DNA of 64,000 nucleotides from Sminthopsis crassicaudata (lineage: Eukaryota), in NCBI RefSeq assembly GCF_048593235.1, contig NC_133617.1, positions 5,709,607-5,773,606 of the forward strand, in the 5' to 3' direction. The notes beneath the pieces were generated by a model. The model saw only the letters and a program-made list of their open reading frames with translations, had not been told where the DNA came from and did not search any database. This document shows, piece by piece, positions 36,830 to 50,519 of this stretch; within the stretch, counting starts at the first letter, position 1, and each line of letters begins with the position of its first letter. The position numbers and the translations under genes were made by a program.

Positions 36830-39425
36830 TAGGATGAAAACAAGAAAGAAAATTATATACCAAATTCCTTAATGAATATTGATGCCAAAATCTTAAAAAA
36901 TAGTAGCAATAAGATTACATGAAATCATCCCCAGGGTACTGCACTATGAACAAGTAGAATTTATACTAAGAATGCAGGGCTGGTTCAATATCAGGAAAAC
37001 TATTAGCACAATCAACTATATCAATAACCAAACTAACAAAAATCATATGATTATCTCAATAGATGCAGAAAAAGCTTTTGATGAAATCCAACACCCAGTC
37101 CTATTAAAAACATCCCTGAGGTCAGGGTGATCTGAGGTCAAATCTAACCTCAGACACTTAACACTTCCTAGCTGTGTGATCCTGGGCCAGTCACTTAACT
37201 CAATTGCTTTAGCAAAAGAAATTATACTCAATAAATAAAAAAGAAGTTTTAGTTTTGGCAATAAGAGAAGATAAAGAGATTAAAGGAATTAGAGTAAATC
37301 ATGAGGAAATCAAATTATCACTCTTTGCAGATGATATGATGGTATCCTTAGAGAACCCTAGAGATTCAACTAAAAAAAACTACTAGAAACAATTCAGAAC
37401 TCTAGTCAATTTGCAGAATACAAAATAAATCCATATAAATGATCAGCATTTTTATATATTACCACCAAAGTCCAGCTGCAAGAGATACAAAAAGAAATTG
37501 CATTCAAAATATCTGTCAATAATATAAAATATTTGGGAATCCACCTGCCAAGCAAAAGTCAGAAACTATATAAGCACAACTACAAAACCCTTTTCACACA
37601 AATGAAGTCAGATCTAATCAGTTGGGAAAATATCAAGTGCTCATGGGTAGGCCGATTGAATATAATAAACACACTACTTAAATTAATCTACTTTTTTAGT
37701 GTCATAATGATCAAAATCCCCCAAAAATTATTTTACAGATCTAAATAAAATAGTAATAAAGTTCATCTGGAAGAACAAAGTCAAGAATTTAAAGGGAATT
37801 AATGAAAAAAAATGCTAATGAAAATGGCCTAATTGTGCCAGACCTAAAATTATGTTATAAAAGAGCAGTCATCCAAACCATTTGGTACTGGCTAAGAAAT
37901 AGAGAAGTCGATCAGTAGAATAGGTTAGGATCACAGGATAAAACAGTGAATGACTACAGCAATCTAGTATTTGACAAACCCAAAGAACTCAGATTTTGGG
38001 ATAAGAATTCACTATTTGACAAAAACTGCTGGGTAAATTGGAAACTAGTATGGAAGAAATTAGAGTTCGATCCACACCTAACACCACATATCAAGATAAG
38101 ATCTAAATAGGTTCATGATTTAGATATAAAGAGTGATATTATAAGCAAATTAGAAGAACATAACATAGTTTACCTCTCAGATCTGTGCAGAAGGAAAGAA
38201 TTTGTGTCCAAAGAAGAACTGGAACTCATAATTGAACACCAAATAGATAATTTTGATTATATTAAGTTAAAAAGGTTTTATACAAACAAAATGAATGCAG
38301 ACAAAATTAGAAAGGAAGCAATAAACTGGGAAATCATTTTTACATTTAAGAGTTCTGATAAAGGCTTCACTTCTAAAATATATAGTGAATTGACTCAGAT
38401 TTATAAGAATCCAATTCATTCTCCAGTTGATTAATGGTCAAAAGATATGAACAGACAATTTTCAGATGAAGAAATTAAAACTATTTCTAATCATATGAGA
38501 AAGTGTTCCACATCACTATTGAGCAGAGAAATGCAAATTAAGACAACTTTGAGATACCACTACACACATCTCAGAATGGTTAAGATGACAGAAAAAATAT
38601 AATGATGAATGTTGGATGGGATGTGGGAAAACTGGGACACTAATACATTATTGAGGGAACTGGGAACACATCCAATCATGTGGAGAACAGTTTGGAACTA
38701 TGCTCTAAAAGTTATCAAACTGCATACCCTTTGACCCAGCAGTGTTTCTATTGGGTCTATATCCCAAAGAGATTTTAAAGGAAGGAAAGGGACCCACATG
38801 TGCAAAAATGTTTGCGGCAATACTTTTCATAGGATTTTTGGGAGTGGATGACTATCAATCAGAGAATGGCTGAATAAGTTATGGTATATGAATGTTATGG
38901 AATATTATTGTTCTATAAGAAATGGTCATGGAGAGATTTACATGAACTGATGGTAAATGAAATGAGTGGAAGCAGGAGATCATTGTACATAGCATCATCA
39001 ATATTATATGATGATCAGTTCTGATGGATGTGACTCTTTCTAACAATGATTGATGCCCATTCCAATGATCTTGTAATGAAGAGAACCATCTACACCCAGA
39101 GAGAGGACTGTAGAAACTAAATGTGGATCACTAATTTCTCTGTCTTTTTGTTGTTGTTTGCTTGCGTTTTTTTTAACTCAATTATTTTCTTCTTTTTTTT
39201 TGATCTGATTTTTCTTGTGCAGCAAGAGAATTGTATAAATATGTTTATCTATATTAGATTTAACATATATTTTAACATGTTTAACATATATTGGATTGCT
39301 TGCCATCTAGGGGAGGGGGTGGAGGGAAGAAGAAGAAAATCTGAAACACAAGGCTATGAAAGGGTCAATTTTGTCAAAGTATCTGTGCATCTGTTTTGAA
39401 AATAAAAAAAAAAACTTTATTAAAA
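36830..39425 (+). mobile_element. L1 ORF2 (RT to C-terminus) + 3'UTR, degenerate, with internal deletion and SINE insertion
   Basis: atgaatattgatgccaaaatc, catatgattatctcaatagatgcagaaaaagc, ctctttgcagatgatatgat (FADDM) motifs; many stops. Confidence 0.9.
37110..37215 (+). mobile_element. SINE fragment inside L1
   Basis: aaatctaacctcagacacttaacacttcctagctgtgtgatcctgggccagtcacttaactc. Confidence 0.75.
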
Positions 39426-40249
39426 AGATTTGAACCTTTTCTCTCATGGAAATGATTCAAAGTGGGAATATAATTTAGACAGTTATGTAGGTATAGAAAT
39501 CCATCTTGTCTAACAGGAAAATAATAGGGGAGGAGTGAATGAGAAGAGAGGGCTGATAAAAGGGTAAGCAGCAGTTAGAAACAACAATCTTTTAAAGATG
39601 GTGTGAACAGAGAGAGAAGAACAAAAAAAGAGTAAGAGAGGATGGTGGGAAACACAGTAATCATAACTGTAGATTAAGAATGTGATGAAATCACCAATTA
39701 AATCAAAGTGTACAACAAAATGCATCAAATATTAGAATCGTATGGTATATTGTTTACAAGGAACACATTAGAATATACAGTAAAATTTATGGGATGAAAC
39801 CAAGAAGATGCTTTGGGGAAAATTTACATCTCTGACAGCTTTCATTCACAAAATAAAGAGAAAGAAAGGAGATCTATGATTTGAGCCTGAAGCCAAAATT
39901 TTAAATAAAAATTATCCAATTAAATATTTAATTGGACTTCCTGAAAAATCAAAGAAAACATTATTAAAATTGAAAGAATAATATTAAATAAGGAATTTGT
40001 TTTGTTTTATTTTATTGTATTTAGTATTTTATTTCCCTCTAATTACATGAAAAATAACTTTTAATATTTTTATATCCACTAAATTAATTTTAAAAATCAT
40101 AAATCATTTCTTTCACAGTAATGTTATATTATGCACACTGCTTTGAATATATGCTAGAAACATATGGAATATTGATACTCTTTCTCTCTTGTTTCGCCCC
40201 CTCAAAAATTATAGCCATAGCAAATAAATATGGTAGCAATAGTTACAGG

Positions 40250-40430
40250 NNNNNNNNNNNNNNNNNNNNNNNNNNNNNNNNNNNNNNNNNNNNNNNNNNN
40301 NNNNNNNNNNNNNNNNNNNNNNNNNNNNNNNNNNNNNNNNNNNNNNNNNNNNNNNNNNNNNNNNNNNNNNNNNNNNNNNNNNNNNNNNNNNNNNNNNNNN
40401 NNNNNNNNNNNNNNNNNNNNNNNNNNNNNN
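40250..40430. other. Assembly gap (N run)
   Basis: Seen directly. Confidence 1.
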
Positions 40431-40728
40431 NAATGAAATGCATTCTCTGCTGGTGCTTCATAATTTCAATATTGTTTTTTTTTAAACTTTGAGGTCCAGA
40501 TTCTCTTCTCCTCCTTCCTCCTAAACCACCTTTAGACTGGTGTACTCTGTCCAAGTTTATATCCCAGTGGATGTTCCTTATAGCTACCATGGCTCAGTGA
40601 TGGCAATGGGAGAAAGCACATTAGAGAACACATGAAATGAGGATCAGGGAGAGGAGAAGAGATGGAAGAGGAAAAGTAAAGAATTCCTTTGTGAAAAGTG
40701 CCCAAATCCTCAGTCTAAAAATACAGTG

Positions 40729-40842
40729 TCATAGAACATAGGTTCTATGGGTATCTCCTTGGCATCCTTTTTTTTTCTTATTCAAGGTTCTTAAGTTCAA
40801 CTGAGTGTACGTCACTTCCTGTGGCTCTTCAGCCATGGCGAC
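40729..40842 (-). CDS. Gene B terminal ITIM exon (VAMAEEPQEVTYTQLNLRTLNKKKKGCQGDTHRTYVL*)
   Basis: ccttcag|GTC; VTYTQL fits the V/IxYxxL ITIM consensus. Confidence 0.85.
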   Translation of the reverse strand, partial: VAMAEEPQEVTYTQLNLRTLNKKKKGCQGDTHRTYVL

Positions 40843-42046
40843 CTGAAGGAGAAATATAAGAGGGAGGGAACAGTGAGTGACTTCACAGTGGCAGTTCTTA
40901 ATCTAGTTCTGTTGTGAAAGCTTTGAAGACTCGTTTGGGAAAGCTATAGATACCTTCTCAGTCTCACACTGTACTAAAAAGAATTATGAAGGAAATAAAT
41001 GATATTGAAGTATAGTTATGGAAATGTTATTTACATATTCTCACTAATTTAAGAGATACTCATTTTAAAGGCATTATACTGGAAGAGAAGAAATAAGAAA
41101 GATCTTTTCCAACCAAACCCTGTTAAAAGTTAGGGTCAAGTTTGAAAGTTTTTCGAGGTAGAAGACAGGATGGAATTAACTTACGAATAGTTGTCCTGGT
41201 CTGTCTTCGGCAGCTTCTGAATCTGAGGTGGAGGGAAGATTATATCATTCACAAGCTCCAAGAACAAAGATTTCCTTCTACTATTCCTCCCCCATCCCAG
41301 GATCCTGCTCTTTTCCTGACCAGATAACTTACATGGGTTTTCCTCTCTGGGTCCATCAGCATGATGAGGCAGGCAGGTACTCCAAGGAAAGCAAGAGCAA
41401 CAGCTACAGTAGGGAGAAAGGGAAGAAATAACCTAAGGAGATGGAATTCACTCAGGGAGGTTCTGTCAGCTTCTTCTCCTCACCAGAATCTCTTTCCAGT
41501 TCAGAGAGTTCAGGTTACATGGAAAAGAAGGAACCAAGGACAATGGGAAGAAGAGTGGAGTCTCCTTACCTCTGAAGGCTGTATCCTCTCAAAGACCCTG
41601 GGAGAGAGACATGGGCACAAAGAAATAAAGTCAGGGAAGACTTCAAAAAAGGAAATGGAGGTCTAGTCCTTATTATTTCTGTTTCATCCTCTCTTCCCCA
41701 AACTCACCCACAGGGATGGATCCATGGCAGAGGAATGCAAACAGGAGAAGGCAGAGGAGGAGGAGAAGAAAGGAAACACAGCTGAGGATGATGATCAAGT
41801 TGTTACTGGGATCTGAACATGGATTGGGGGCAGAGAAGAATCTTCATAAATAACTGTGCAAAGGAACGCTTACCTTTCCTATATAATTATTACTAAGTTT
41901 TTCTCTTATTCCCTCTACAACCTCCCATCACCACTAGCATTCAACAGTTTGGTACAAATCCTATTCAGAGAGGGTTTATCTCTTAGAATCAAAGTGAGTA
42001 AACAGAAACCAGAATAAAGATGCATGTTTGTATGTGTGTGTGTGTG

Positions 42047-42106
<60 letters not shown>

Positions 42107-45100
42107 GGAATAAGGAAGAATGTCTTATGCCTCAGCTCACACACTGGACATCCATTGGCCTGGAAATGAGGACAGTGTCAAAGTCTAGAGACCTTACCCT
42201 CTATCTCTTGGCTAGAACCAAGGCCATGCTTTCCTTTCTTTGTAGGGGCTGAGAAATGAAGTACTTATTGTCATTTTCCCATCATCCTGTTCTCACCTCT
42301 CACTAGAAGCTCCAGGGCATCACTAGGCTGCTTCCAGAGACTTTCATTGGTGCCCAGCTGATAGCTGCAGGTGTAATTGCCAGAATGCTCGGGGGTCACA
42401 TGAGTCAAGGAGAACCTGGCCCTGTCTTCATGGACTTCCATGCTGTGCAGGATTTCTTCAACTCCCTCCTTGTATAGAACAAACCTAGGAATCCATGAAG
42501 GCCCCCAGCAAAGGAGGGTCACATTGGTTCCTGAGACCACCTCTTGTCCAGGTGAGGCTGAGAGCGAAGGCTTGGGAAGCTCATCTGGAAATACAAAGAG
42601 AGAGAAGAGATGCTCAAGCCTCACCCCCATAGTTGTGATGAGGGAGTGTGGATGGGGAGCAAGACTGTAGAGGTCTGAAGAATTCCCTGACCATCAACTC
42701 CAGCTTCCATTAACTCTGACCATTCCTTGCTCTAAGTATATTTCTCTTAATGGGGAGAGATGGTAAACCTTAGGTGTTCTTTGGGGTTATCTAGCTAACA
42801 ACAAGCAGGTTGTTTCTCCTTCTATTCTTGTCCCCTGAGAGTGGTGCAGTGACTGAGCAGGACCTTTTTTCCTGGACTCTGTATTCTGATACCCAGTCTG
42901 TTTTGGCCCAACCTCTACTTCATGATAATAAAATGAGCCCAAAACGATGTCCTCACAGATTTTCTGGATTGCCTTTCAATCATACCTCCCATCCCTCTGT
43001 TTTATGCCTTGAGAACATGAATACACTCTCACCTGTCACCCGGAACTCCAGGACCTCACTGCACTCAGACACCTGGTATGGAGCCATCTTCCTATAGTAG
43101 ACACAAGTGTAGTTGCCAGCATCCTGGGCCCTCACAGAGAGGAGGGGGAAGTAAGCTGAGGTCCCAGCTGGGCTCTGGCTCTGCAGGGGCTGAGGGCTGC
43201 CCACCTTCAGCAGAGTGAATGTGGCTCTCCAGAGTGCTGACCGAGGGGGCTGCCTGCACTGGAGAGTCACATGCTTCCCAGGCTCCACCACCAGGCCTGG
43301 GAGGGCTGAGAGGGAAGGCTTGGGCAGAGATCCTGTGAGGGAATAATGGGGATGAGAGGAGGCTGGAGGTCAGGACACCTAGGTCAAGTCCCTGCCCTGC
43401 CTCCATTTGCTGTGTGACTGGGGCTCACTCATTGGGTCTGTGTCAGTCCACTTTGGTTGTCCAGGTGGTTTTTAATCATGTCCAATGGTAAGGACCCCAT
43501 TTAGAGTTTTCTTGACAAAGATATTGAGATACTTTGTCATTTTCTTGTCTAGCTCATTTTACAGATAAAGGAGATGAGATCAACAGAATTAACTGAAATG
43601 TTCGGGATCACGAATGTAGTAATGGTATGGAAGCCAGACTTGAATTCAGGAAGATGAATCTTCCAAATTCCAAACCCAGCTTCCATCCTTGATCCATGAG
43701 CTTCCTTTAAGTCTTTTGTACATGAGATGTTTGACTAGATATCTGGCTGGTGCTAGCCAGGGGTGTAAGGACACTGCCCAACTGGAGGGATTTCACCCAG
43801 TCTTTGATCTCATACATCTGATGAATCCCCGGGAATGAAGCTCATGTCCTCTTACTCCTTTCCCTTCTAGTCTGAAACAAAGATCTTGGTCTCAGATTAG
43901 AGTCCAGGAGTGAAAAAGCTTAGACTTGTGTCTAAGTTTTGCCCCTCACTTGTTAGGCGACCCTGGACAAGTCCTTTTCTCTCAGGGTCTTGTTTGTTCC
44001 TTGGTATTAGGAGGGTTTAGCCTCAAGAACCTCCAAAGTCCCTTTCAGGTCTTAGTCTCTGTGCTTCTTCTCCTGTCTCCCAACTCAGGAACGAATAAGA
44101 TTTTACCCAAGATTCAAGATCCCAAGAGCTGGCTGTGTAGACACCATGCCCTTGTCCCCATGTGGGCAGAGAGGAGAGGGGTGGTTCTTACCACTCTTTT
44201 GGGTACCCAACTTGCTCACCTGGCACCACCAGCTCCAGGGCATCACTGGACACTGATTCTTTACCAGAGGTGGTCCTGTCCTTGTAAGTACAGCTGTAGC
44301 TCCCAGTGTCCCTGGGTGTTACCGAGAGGAGGGAGAAGTCAGTCCAGAGATCTGCTGAGGGCTTCTGCTGTAAGGGCTCTCGGGTCCCAGCTTTCCATAG
44401 AGTGAAAATCACTTCCTTAAGAGAAGACAGCCTGGGTCTTGAGCACCACAGAGTGCTGCTGGTGCCCGGGGCCATCACAAGGTCAGCTTTGGCCCACAGA
44501 GTAGGCTTGGGGAATGGTCCTGAGGAGAAAGGGGTGACAGTTGTCAAGATCCCATGTCATCTCTAGGCACCCTCTTTTTACCACCCAATGCCAGGGATAG
44601 CAGAAATTTTGCCCCTGTTCCCACTTTTTTGGCTGGGAACGTCCACATTATCTTGAGGCTCAAAGCTGAATCCATATAGAACAGGCTAGAGCACCAAAGT
44701 CTCCCTCCCCCAAACCATCCCTCAATAATCTGTGGATTTTATTCTGTCCCCATAGCTCTATGGGCCCCCCTATGTTGGGGCTGGAATTGGACGCTTAGGG
44801 TGTGTCCATCTCTAGTCACCAGACACAGTCAGCTCCAGGGCATGGCTGGGATATGACCCCCTGTAGGGGGGTGTCTTCCTGTAGTAAATACATCTGTAGC
44901 TCCCAGTGTCCTCAGCCTTCACCGATGGAAGTGAGAAAACAGCTTGGCTCTGTGCAGGACTTTGCAGCTGCAAGGGCTCCAGGCTCTTTGCCTCCAGGAG
45001 GGCAAACATGTAGTCGTGAGAGGATGATGGTGATGGCATTTGGCAGGAGATGGTCACTGTTGTTGCTGAAGATACTGGGAAGCCATGTGAAGGTGAAATG

Positions 45101-48091
45101 TTGGGTCTGGGGAGGTCTACTGTGAAAGGATGAAGGAAATGAGAGCCTGATCTCTTACCACCAGCCCTTCCCAGCACTGCCTGAAATAGCTTAGCAGGGA
45201 TAGGGAGGGCTGAAGGTCCCTGACCAAACCTCTGTTTCCAGTCCTGTCTGCAATGGGCCAGAACCCTGTACTTAAAACAAGGATTCTTACCAAGTACTAA
45301 CAGTGGAATTGATGAGACAATGGTTATCTAGTTTAGCATGGTGCTTAATAGTTCTCTAATTGATTTAATTTTACCACAAATAATGGCTCCCTAATGGTAT
45401 AATGATTGGCTCACACTCAGTAGGATGAATGGATTTAGCTGTGATAGAGGATATGAGCTGGGACAAACTCAGCCAGGGCGGGACCATCTTTTGTGGTGGC
45501 TGGAAATGGAGCCCAAGCCCTGGGACTCAGAGCCAGGTTCATTCCTTCATCTCACAGCACCGTGGAGGCTGGCCTCCTGCACTTCCCCCACGGAGACCAA
45601 GGCCGGTCTGAAAGGCTCTCCAGAAAGCTGGCCCGGGCCCCAGGCAAGGAAACTAAATTGTGAAGGAGATAATAAAGGATTTGGACTTTAACACCTGACT
45701 CTTCTCGAGGTGATTACTGAAGAGAAGGCTGGTTGCAAAACCCCCAGAAAACCAACCAAGAATGCTACACTGTCACCCATTTCACTGGTTAGTAACATGA
45801 CTCTCAGGATCATCAGAAAAAATTTCTGAGCCCAGGAAGGCTGTGAAAGTGCAGAGCCAGGGGAAGGGCAGAGTCCTGGACAGAGGAGTCACCCTGCCCC
45901 AGCTGCCCCCTTCTCACCTCCTTCAAAGAATCAAGCTCTGGCACAAGAGCCTGGGCTTGCTCCATTAACGAGGGATGCTAATGCAACATCACTGGCAAAT
46001 TCAGACCTTTTCCTCAGCTTCGGGGTTTGGAAAGCTCTTGGTTTCTAACAATCCCAGGACCATGTGGGGTGGAAGGTGCTTAGAGAGAAATTCAACTTCT
46101 CAAGAAGGGCTCTGCCATTTTGCAACACTGTTGCACAATGACTGCTCTTTGCCCTGCTTATCCTTGCCCAGCCCTCCCTGAAGCTAGAGAGGATGTGGCA
46201 GAGCTTTGTGCGGCCAGTGGTGGGGAAGATGCTGGTATGGGAGAACGGGGGATCCCTCTGGACTGATGTGTAAGGATCCTGCCCTCCCTCGTCATCTACC
46301 AGCCATTTCCTGCTCGGTGACTGGGGGAGCCCAAAGGTGTAGAAAAATCACCATCCCTGCTCTCATCAGAGGCCTCCTAGTCCCAGAGGTCACAAGGTTT
46401 TGAGTTCAAGTGACCCCATTATATAATCTTTCCTCTTCATGCCATAAGGGGGAGCTGAGATCTTCAGCGACTAGCCCACTGTTACCCAGCCAGAAGCTGG
46501 GGATGCAGGTCTCTGAGCCCCCCTCTCTGGCTCCCACTCTTAGGCTCTTTCCCTCTTCAGCAGGCTCCCTTCAAACACTCGCCAGGTGGATGGCAACATG
46601 AAATGCTGGGAAGGGGCCCAATCTTAAGAGTGGGCACAAAAGAGAGGTGAAGCTAGCATGCTGGGAGGGCCAAAGAGCAGGACAGTGCCATTTGTTGCCA
46701 TCAGGGCGAACAGGAAAGTCAGGGTCTGAGCTGGACTTGAACCATGTGCAGGAAAACGAGTGTGAAGGTGGGAAAGGCATCAGAGGGAAACATCTGTTCA
46801 GGGTAATGGGAAGGTAGTGAGGACAGAAGGGAGCGGTGGGAGATAAAACTGAACATGTAGGGTGTTGCTGGGTTGGACCTAGGAGAAGAAAGAAAAAGTT
46901 CATCTACATTCCATTTGCTCCGGGAAAGCTGTGTCCCTCTTCTCCCAAAGGCTGCTGGGTATCATCTGAGAAAGGAGTAGTCTGGCTCTCCTGACTGCAT
47001 CACCAAGGGACTGTGAGCAGGTCGGGGAAGATCCCTGGGATTGGAGCCGGGAGACATGGCTTCTAATCCCCTGACACTAAAGAACCTGCTCACCTACTTA
47101 AGTCAGCTTACCTCCTCTCCAAGTCTCACTTTCCCCATTTCTAAAAGAGAATCACGTACACATGTACTCCTCCTCTTAGGGCTATTGAGGAAGATTTCAA
47201 AACTCAAAATGTGAGCTTAAGGGCGACAGGTTCCCAGAGCACTGTGAGTTGTGAGAAGCTTTAGCAAAGGAGAAAGGAGAGGAAGATAGTACAGCCTGAG
47301 GGTTTGCCCCATTTATTTAAGTTGACTTTCTAGGGAGGAATCTGGGATTCCCATTCCAGGATTGGTTCCTTGCCATCTGGGATGGCTTAATACCAGCACT
47401 CCTCACCTGTCACTACAAGGGTCAGGGGGTCACTGAGCTCTGACCACAAGGGCCCCTGCCCAGAGCGGCATTTGTAGCTTCTGGCATCTCTCAAGTCATC
47501 TACTTTCCTGAGCACAAAGTCCGCCCGTGACCACGAGTCATTTCTCTCCTCTCTGAGCTCTCCATCCTTCCAGAGCTGGAATCTGTCACTCCCCAGTCGG
47601 CCCTGGCACCTGAGGGTCACATCTGCTCCCTTGCGGACCACGGGACTTGGGTCAGCCCAAAGGGCCGGCCTGAAAAGGGCATCTGACAAGGAAAAAAGAT
47701 TCAAGATTTTTCAGGATTTCTCTCACCCTGTGAATCTTTCACCTGTGGACTCTGAAGTTCCTATCCCGGAGTGGATTTCTGAATTGTTTTGGGACCAGGA
47801 GTACAAAAAGAACAATGGGATGTTGGAGGGGGCAGCACTCACCCATCTCTGCCGTAGACTCCCAGTGCAGGCACAGTCCTGTAAGAGAAGCTCAGGTCAG
47901 AATATGAAGGAAGAACCATTTGAGCAGACATTGGGGTCCTGTTTCACCCCCAGTACTTCTGTGTCCTCCTTAAGTTTCTTCCCCATCGGTCAGGTGAGCC
48001 AGCTCAGAATCTTGTCACAATGTCCTTCCCTACCCTGGTGTGACTCTGGAGACTTACCCATGGAGATCAGGAAAGTTACTGTGGAGTCCAT
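40729..48091 (-). CDS. Gene B: LRC-type inhibitory receptor, 5 Ig + TM + ITIM tail (~621 aa)
   Basis: Exons 48058-48091, 47843-47878, 47407-47682, 44820-45119, 44220-44519, 43033-43332, 42297-42584, 41708-41812, 41570-41597, 41333-41379, 41185-41222, 40729-40842; total 1866 nt, open, all GT-AG. Confidence 0.85.
41185..41597 (-). CDS. Gene B cytoplasmic mini-exons (28, 47, 38 bp)
   Basis: GSLRGYSLQS|TCLPHHADGPREENP Y|SEAAEDRPGQLF; this combination keeps the ITIM exon in frame. Confidence 0.65.
41708..41812 (-). CDS. Gene B TM exon
   Basis: 105 bp; DPSNNLIIILSCVSFLLLLLCLLLFAFLCHGSIPVG; no charged TM residue. Confidence 0.88.
42033..42103. repeat. (GT)n microsatellite in gene B intron
   Basis: Seen directly. 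Confidence 0.95.
42297..42584 (-). CDS. Gene B Ig D5 exon
   Basis: 288 bp; ELPKPSLSASPGQEVVSGTNVTLLC...GNYTC. Confidence 0.9.
43033..43332 (-). CDS. Gene B Ig D4 exon
   Basis: 300 bp; SLPKPSLSALPGLVVEPGKHVTLQC...GNYTC. Confidence 0.9.
44220..44519 (-). CDS. Gene B Ig D3 exon
   Basis: 300 bp; PFPKPTLWAKADLVMAPGTSSTLWC...GSYSC. Confidence 0.9.
44820..45119 (-). CDS. Gene B Ig D2 exon
   Basis: 300 bp (or 297, NAGNAG acceptor cagtag); DLPRPNISPSHG...TISC...GSYRC. Confidence 0.9.
45249..45769 (+). mobile_element. Solo LTR in gene B D1-D2 intron
   Basis: tgcaatgggccagaac...aatgctaca; perfect 5-bp TSD CTGTC. Confidence 0.85.
47407..47682 (-). CDS. Gene B Ig D1 exon
   Basis: 276 bp; ALFRPALWADPSPVVRKGADVTLRC...RSYKC. 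Confidence 0.9.
47843..47878 (-). CDS. Gene B 36-bp mini-exon (GLCLHWESTAEM)
   Basis: cag|GA...G|gtgag. Confidence 0.88.
48058..48091 (-). CDS. Gene B leader exon (MDSTVTFLISM G)
   Basis: ccaccATGG, 34 bp, G|gtaag. Confidence 0.88.
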
Positions 48092-48218
48092 GGTGGATCT
48101 TGCGTTCTGTCCTGGGTCAGCCAGCCTCAACTGTGCAGAGCGGAAAAAGGCAGGTCAAAAGGAGGCTGGCCCAGGATGTGGTAGCCAGCCCTGCTGCCTC
48201 ACGCCTCCTTAACCCAGG

Positions 48219-48252
48219 CCCCACAGTTTCCACTCTTATACTGATGAAAGGG
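48219..48252 (-). promoter_or_regulatory. Conserved proximal promoter block of gene B
   Basis: Minus strand ctttcatcagtataagagtggaaactgtggg. Confidence 0.5.
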
Positions 48253-49141
48253 ATGGTCCTTCAAGGCTGAGTTCTGAGGAAATCAGCATGGCTCATGGTA
48301 AATGGAGCCTGGCAAGGACTGGAGAAACTGATGCCTCTTTAGTGTCAAAGACAACTGAAAGGGGTCTGGGGCCTCCACAAATGCCTCGCTGTTCCAAGAA
48401 AGTACCAGCATTCCCCTTACGTAGCCTTTCCCTGAAATCACCAAGATTGGGCACGAAGGCTTAACACCACAGCCTCAGATCCTGACCTCAGACCCTTGGC
48501 TCACAGGGAGGGTGAGCACATGTTCCGTGCATGGTACGACTTCTGTCTCAGTGTCATTTCCTGCTGTCTTGGTGTGAACATCATTATCCACATCATAAGC
48601 ACAAGAACAAAAACAATATTGATGGATATCATTTCTATAGTGCTTTCATCTTGGCAGATATTTTTCACATATATTCTCATTTGATCTTTACAGCAGCCTG
48701 AAAAGTAGACTCTCCATTGTCCCCATTTTACAGATGATCAAACTGAGGCAAAGCTAATGTTTTGGCCTTGGCTCACATAGCTTGTAACGATCTAAGTTAA
48801 GTTTTGACCACAGCCTTTCCTGATTTCCAGTCAGTTAAAATCATAAATCAGGCAAATAATGTAGGAATCTGTTTCCCTTTATCTCCAGGCATATAAATGG
48901 CTCAGTGACTGCATCTCCTGTAGGATACCATAGTGGGCACACTTTTCAGCCAAGGATTGGCCAGCCTTGGTGTTGGCTGCACCGATTGCTCTATGGTCAG
49001 CCATTGCACCTACCCTGATAATAGAGCCTTGACCAGGACATCTCAGGAGTCAGTCAGGACACCACTGACTCTTCTGGCCTGAGTAACACATCATTATTCA
49101 ATGCTTTTCTGACTCAGAGTTCTAGGAGACAGCATCCTATC

Positions 49142-49272
49142 NNNNNNNNNNNNNNNNNNNNNNNNNNNNNNNNNNNNNNNNNNNNNNNNNNNNNNNNNNN
49201 NNNNNNNNNNNNNNNNNNNNNNNNNNNNNNNNNNNNNNNNNNNNNNNNNNNNNNNNNNNNNNNNNNNNNNNN
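49142..49272. other. Assembly gap (N run)
   Basis: Seen directly. Confidence 1.
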
Positions 49273-49348
49273 GTGTCTGAGACCAGATTTGAACTCGGGT
49301 CCTGATGAATTCAAGTGAATTCTATTCACTGCGCCACCTAGCTGCCCC
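49273..49348 (-). mobile_element. Marsupial-type SINE, 5' part
   Basis: gtgtctgagaccagatttgaactcgggtcctgatgaattc...ccacctagctgcccc. Confidence 0.85.
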
Positions 49349-50519
49349 CCGACCCAGCTCAAACTTAATGACCAGTTATTAGTCTCCACTTTGTGGCCTG
49401 CCCTGCCAGGAATACAAAGAGAAAAAAAGAACATTTCTTATGGAGTTTATACTTTACTGATGAGGAAAAAAATACATTTCAGAAAAGCATTTCTGCAAAA
49501 AGAACCTTACAGGATCATCTTCTGTTCTCTTGGGCTGAATATCCTAAACAACAACACCAGCAATGATAATAGCACTGGCTATCATTTCTTTAGCACTTTC
49601 CCATTTTGTATAGATTGTACAAACATTTTTTCTCATTTAATCCTCACAACATGGAAGATGGCTTCTCTCTTATCCCCAGAGTTTGTTAGTTGCCTGGATT
49701 CACAGACTAATAAATGTCCAAGGACAAATTTGATGTCATATTGTTCTGACTTCATGAAGTCATGAATCTGTCACCAAATCGTGTCCTAATTTGTTGTATC
49801 TCATTTCTAGGTATTTAAGGGCCTTAGTTACCGCATCCCTTGTGACACCACAATGTAACAATGGCAGCAGCTTTTAGTCCTGGAATAGCCAGCCAGAGTA
49901 AGCAGGCGTTGGCTGCTCTGTTGACATATTCATCAGGCACTGTATCTATTCTGAAAGTTTTCTCTGGAGAAAGAGGAAATGAGAGTCCTTCAGGACAACA
50001 AATGGTTGTTCTGCGCTTCCTTTATATCATGATTCAATACTTTTCTGCCTACAGTTCTGCCTAGACAAGACTCTGCTCAAACTTAATGACCATTAATTAA
50101 TCTCCTATTATGTGATCTTCCCTGAGCTAGTTGCTGAGAATGCAAAGACAAGAAAGAGATAGAATTGTCCTCATGGAGCTTATACTCTACTGATAAGGAC
50201 AAAAATATATTGAAGGATACTTATCAGTACAAGATATTTATGCAAAATAATTTTAGGGTGGAAGGTAGAGCTGCCTTGAATGGAAACTTGTTAAAAATAG
50301 AAGTGGGATTCCAGAGGGCAGAAAGGAAAATTGGGGAGAGTGGGCTGGTCACAGGAGGGACTAAATTTGAAACAGATGGAAATAATAGGAGACAGTCTGA
50401 TTATCAGAAAGATAACTTTTTCCTGGGTAAGATTGGAATCAAAATTCTGAGTGGAGACCCTGGGTAGTAAATTATTAAGCCTTTACTTTGGTGAAAAGTA
50501 AGATTGACTTAAGATTCAT

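Noticed and set aside
34430-39399. ORFs of 60-173 aa as possible host genes
   Set aside because: They are fragments or antisense frames of decayed L1 ORF2/3'UTR
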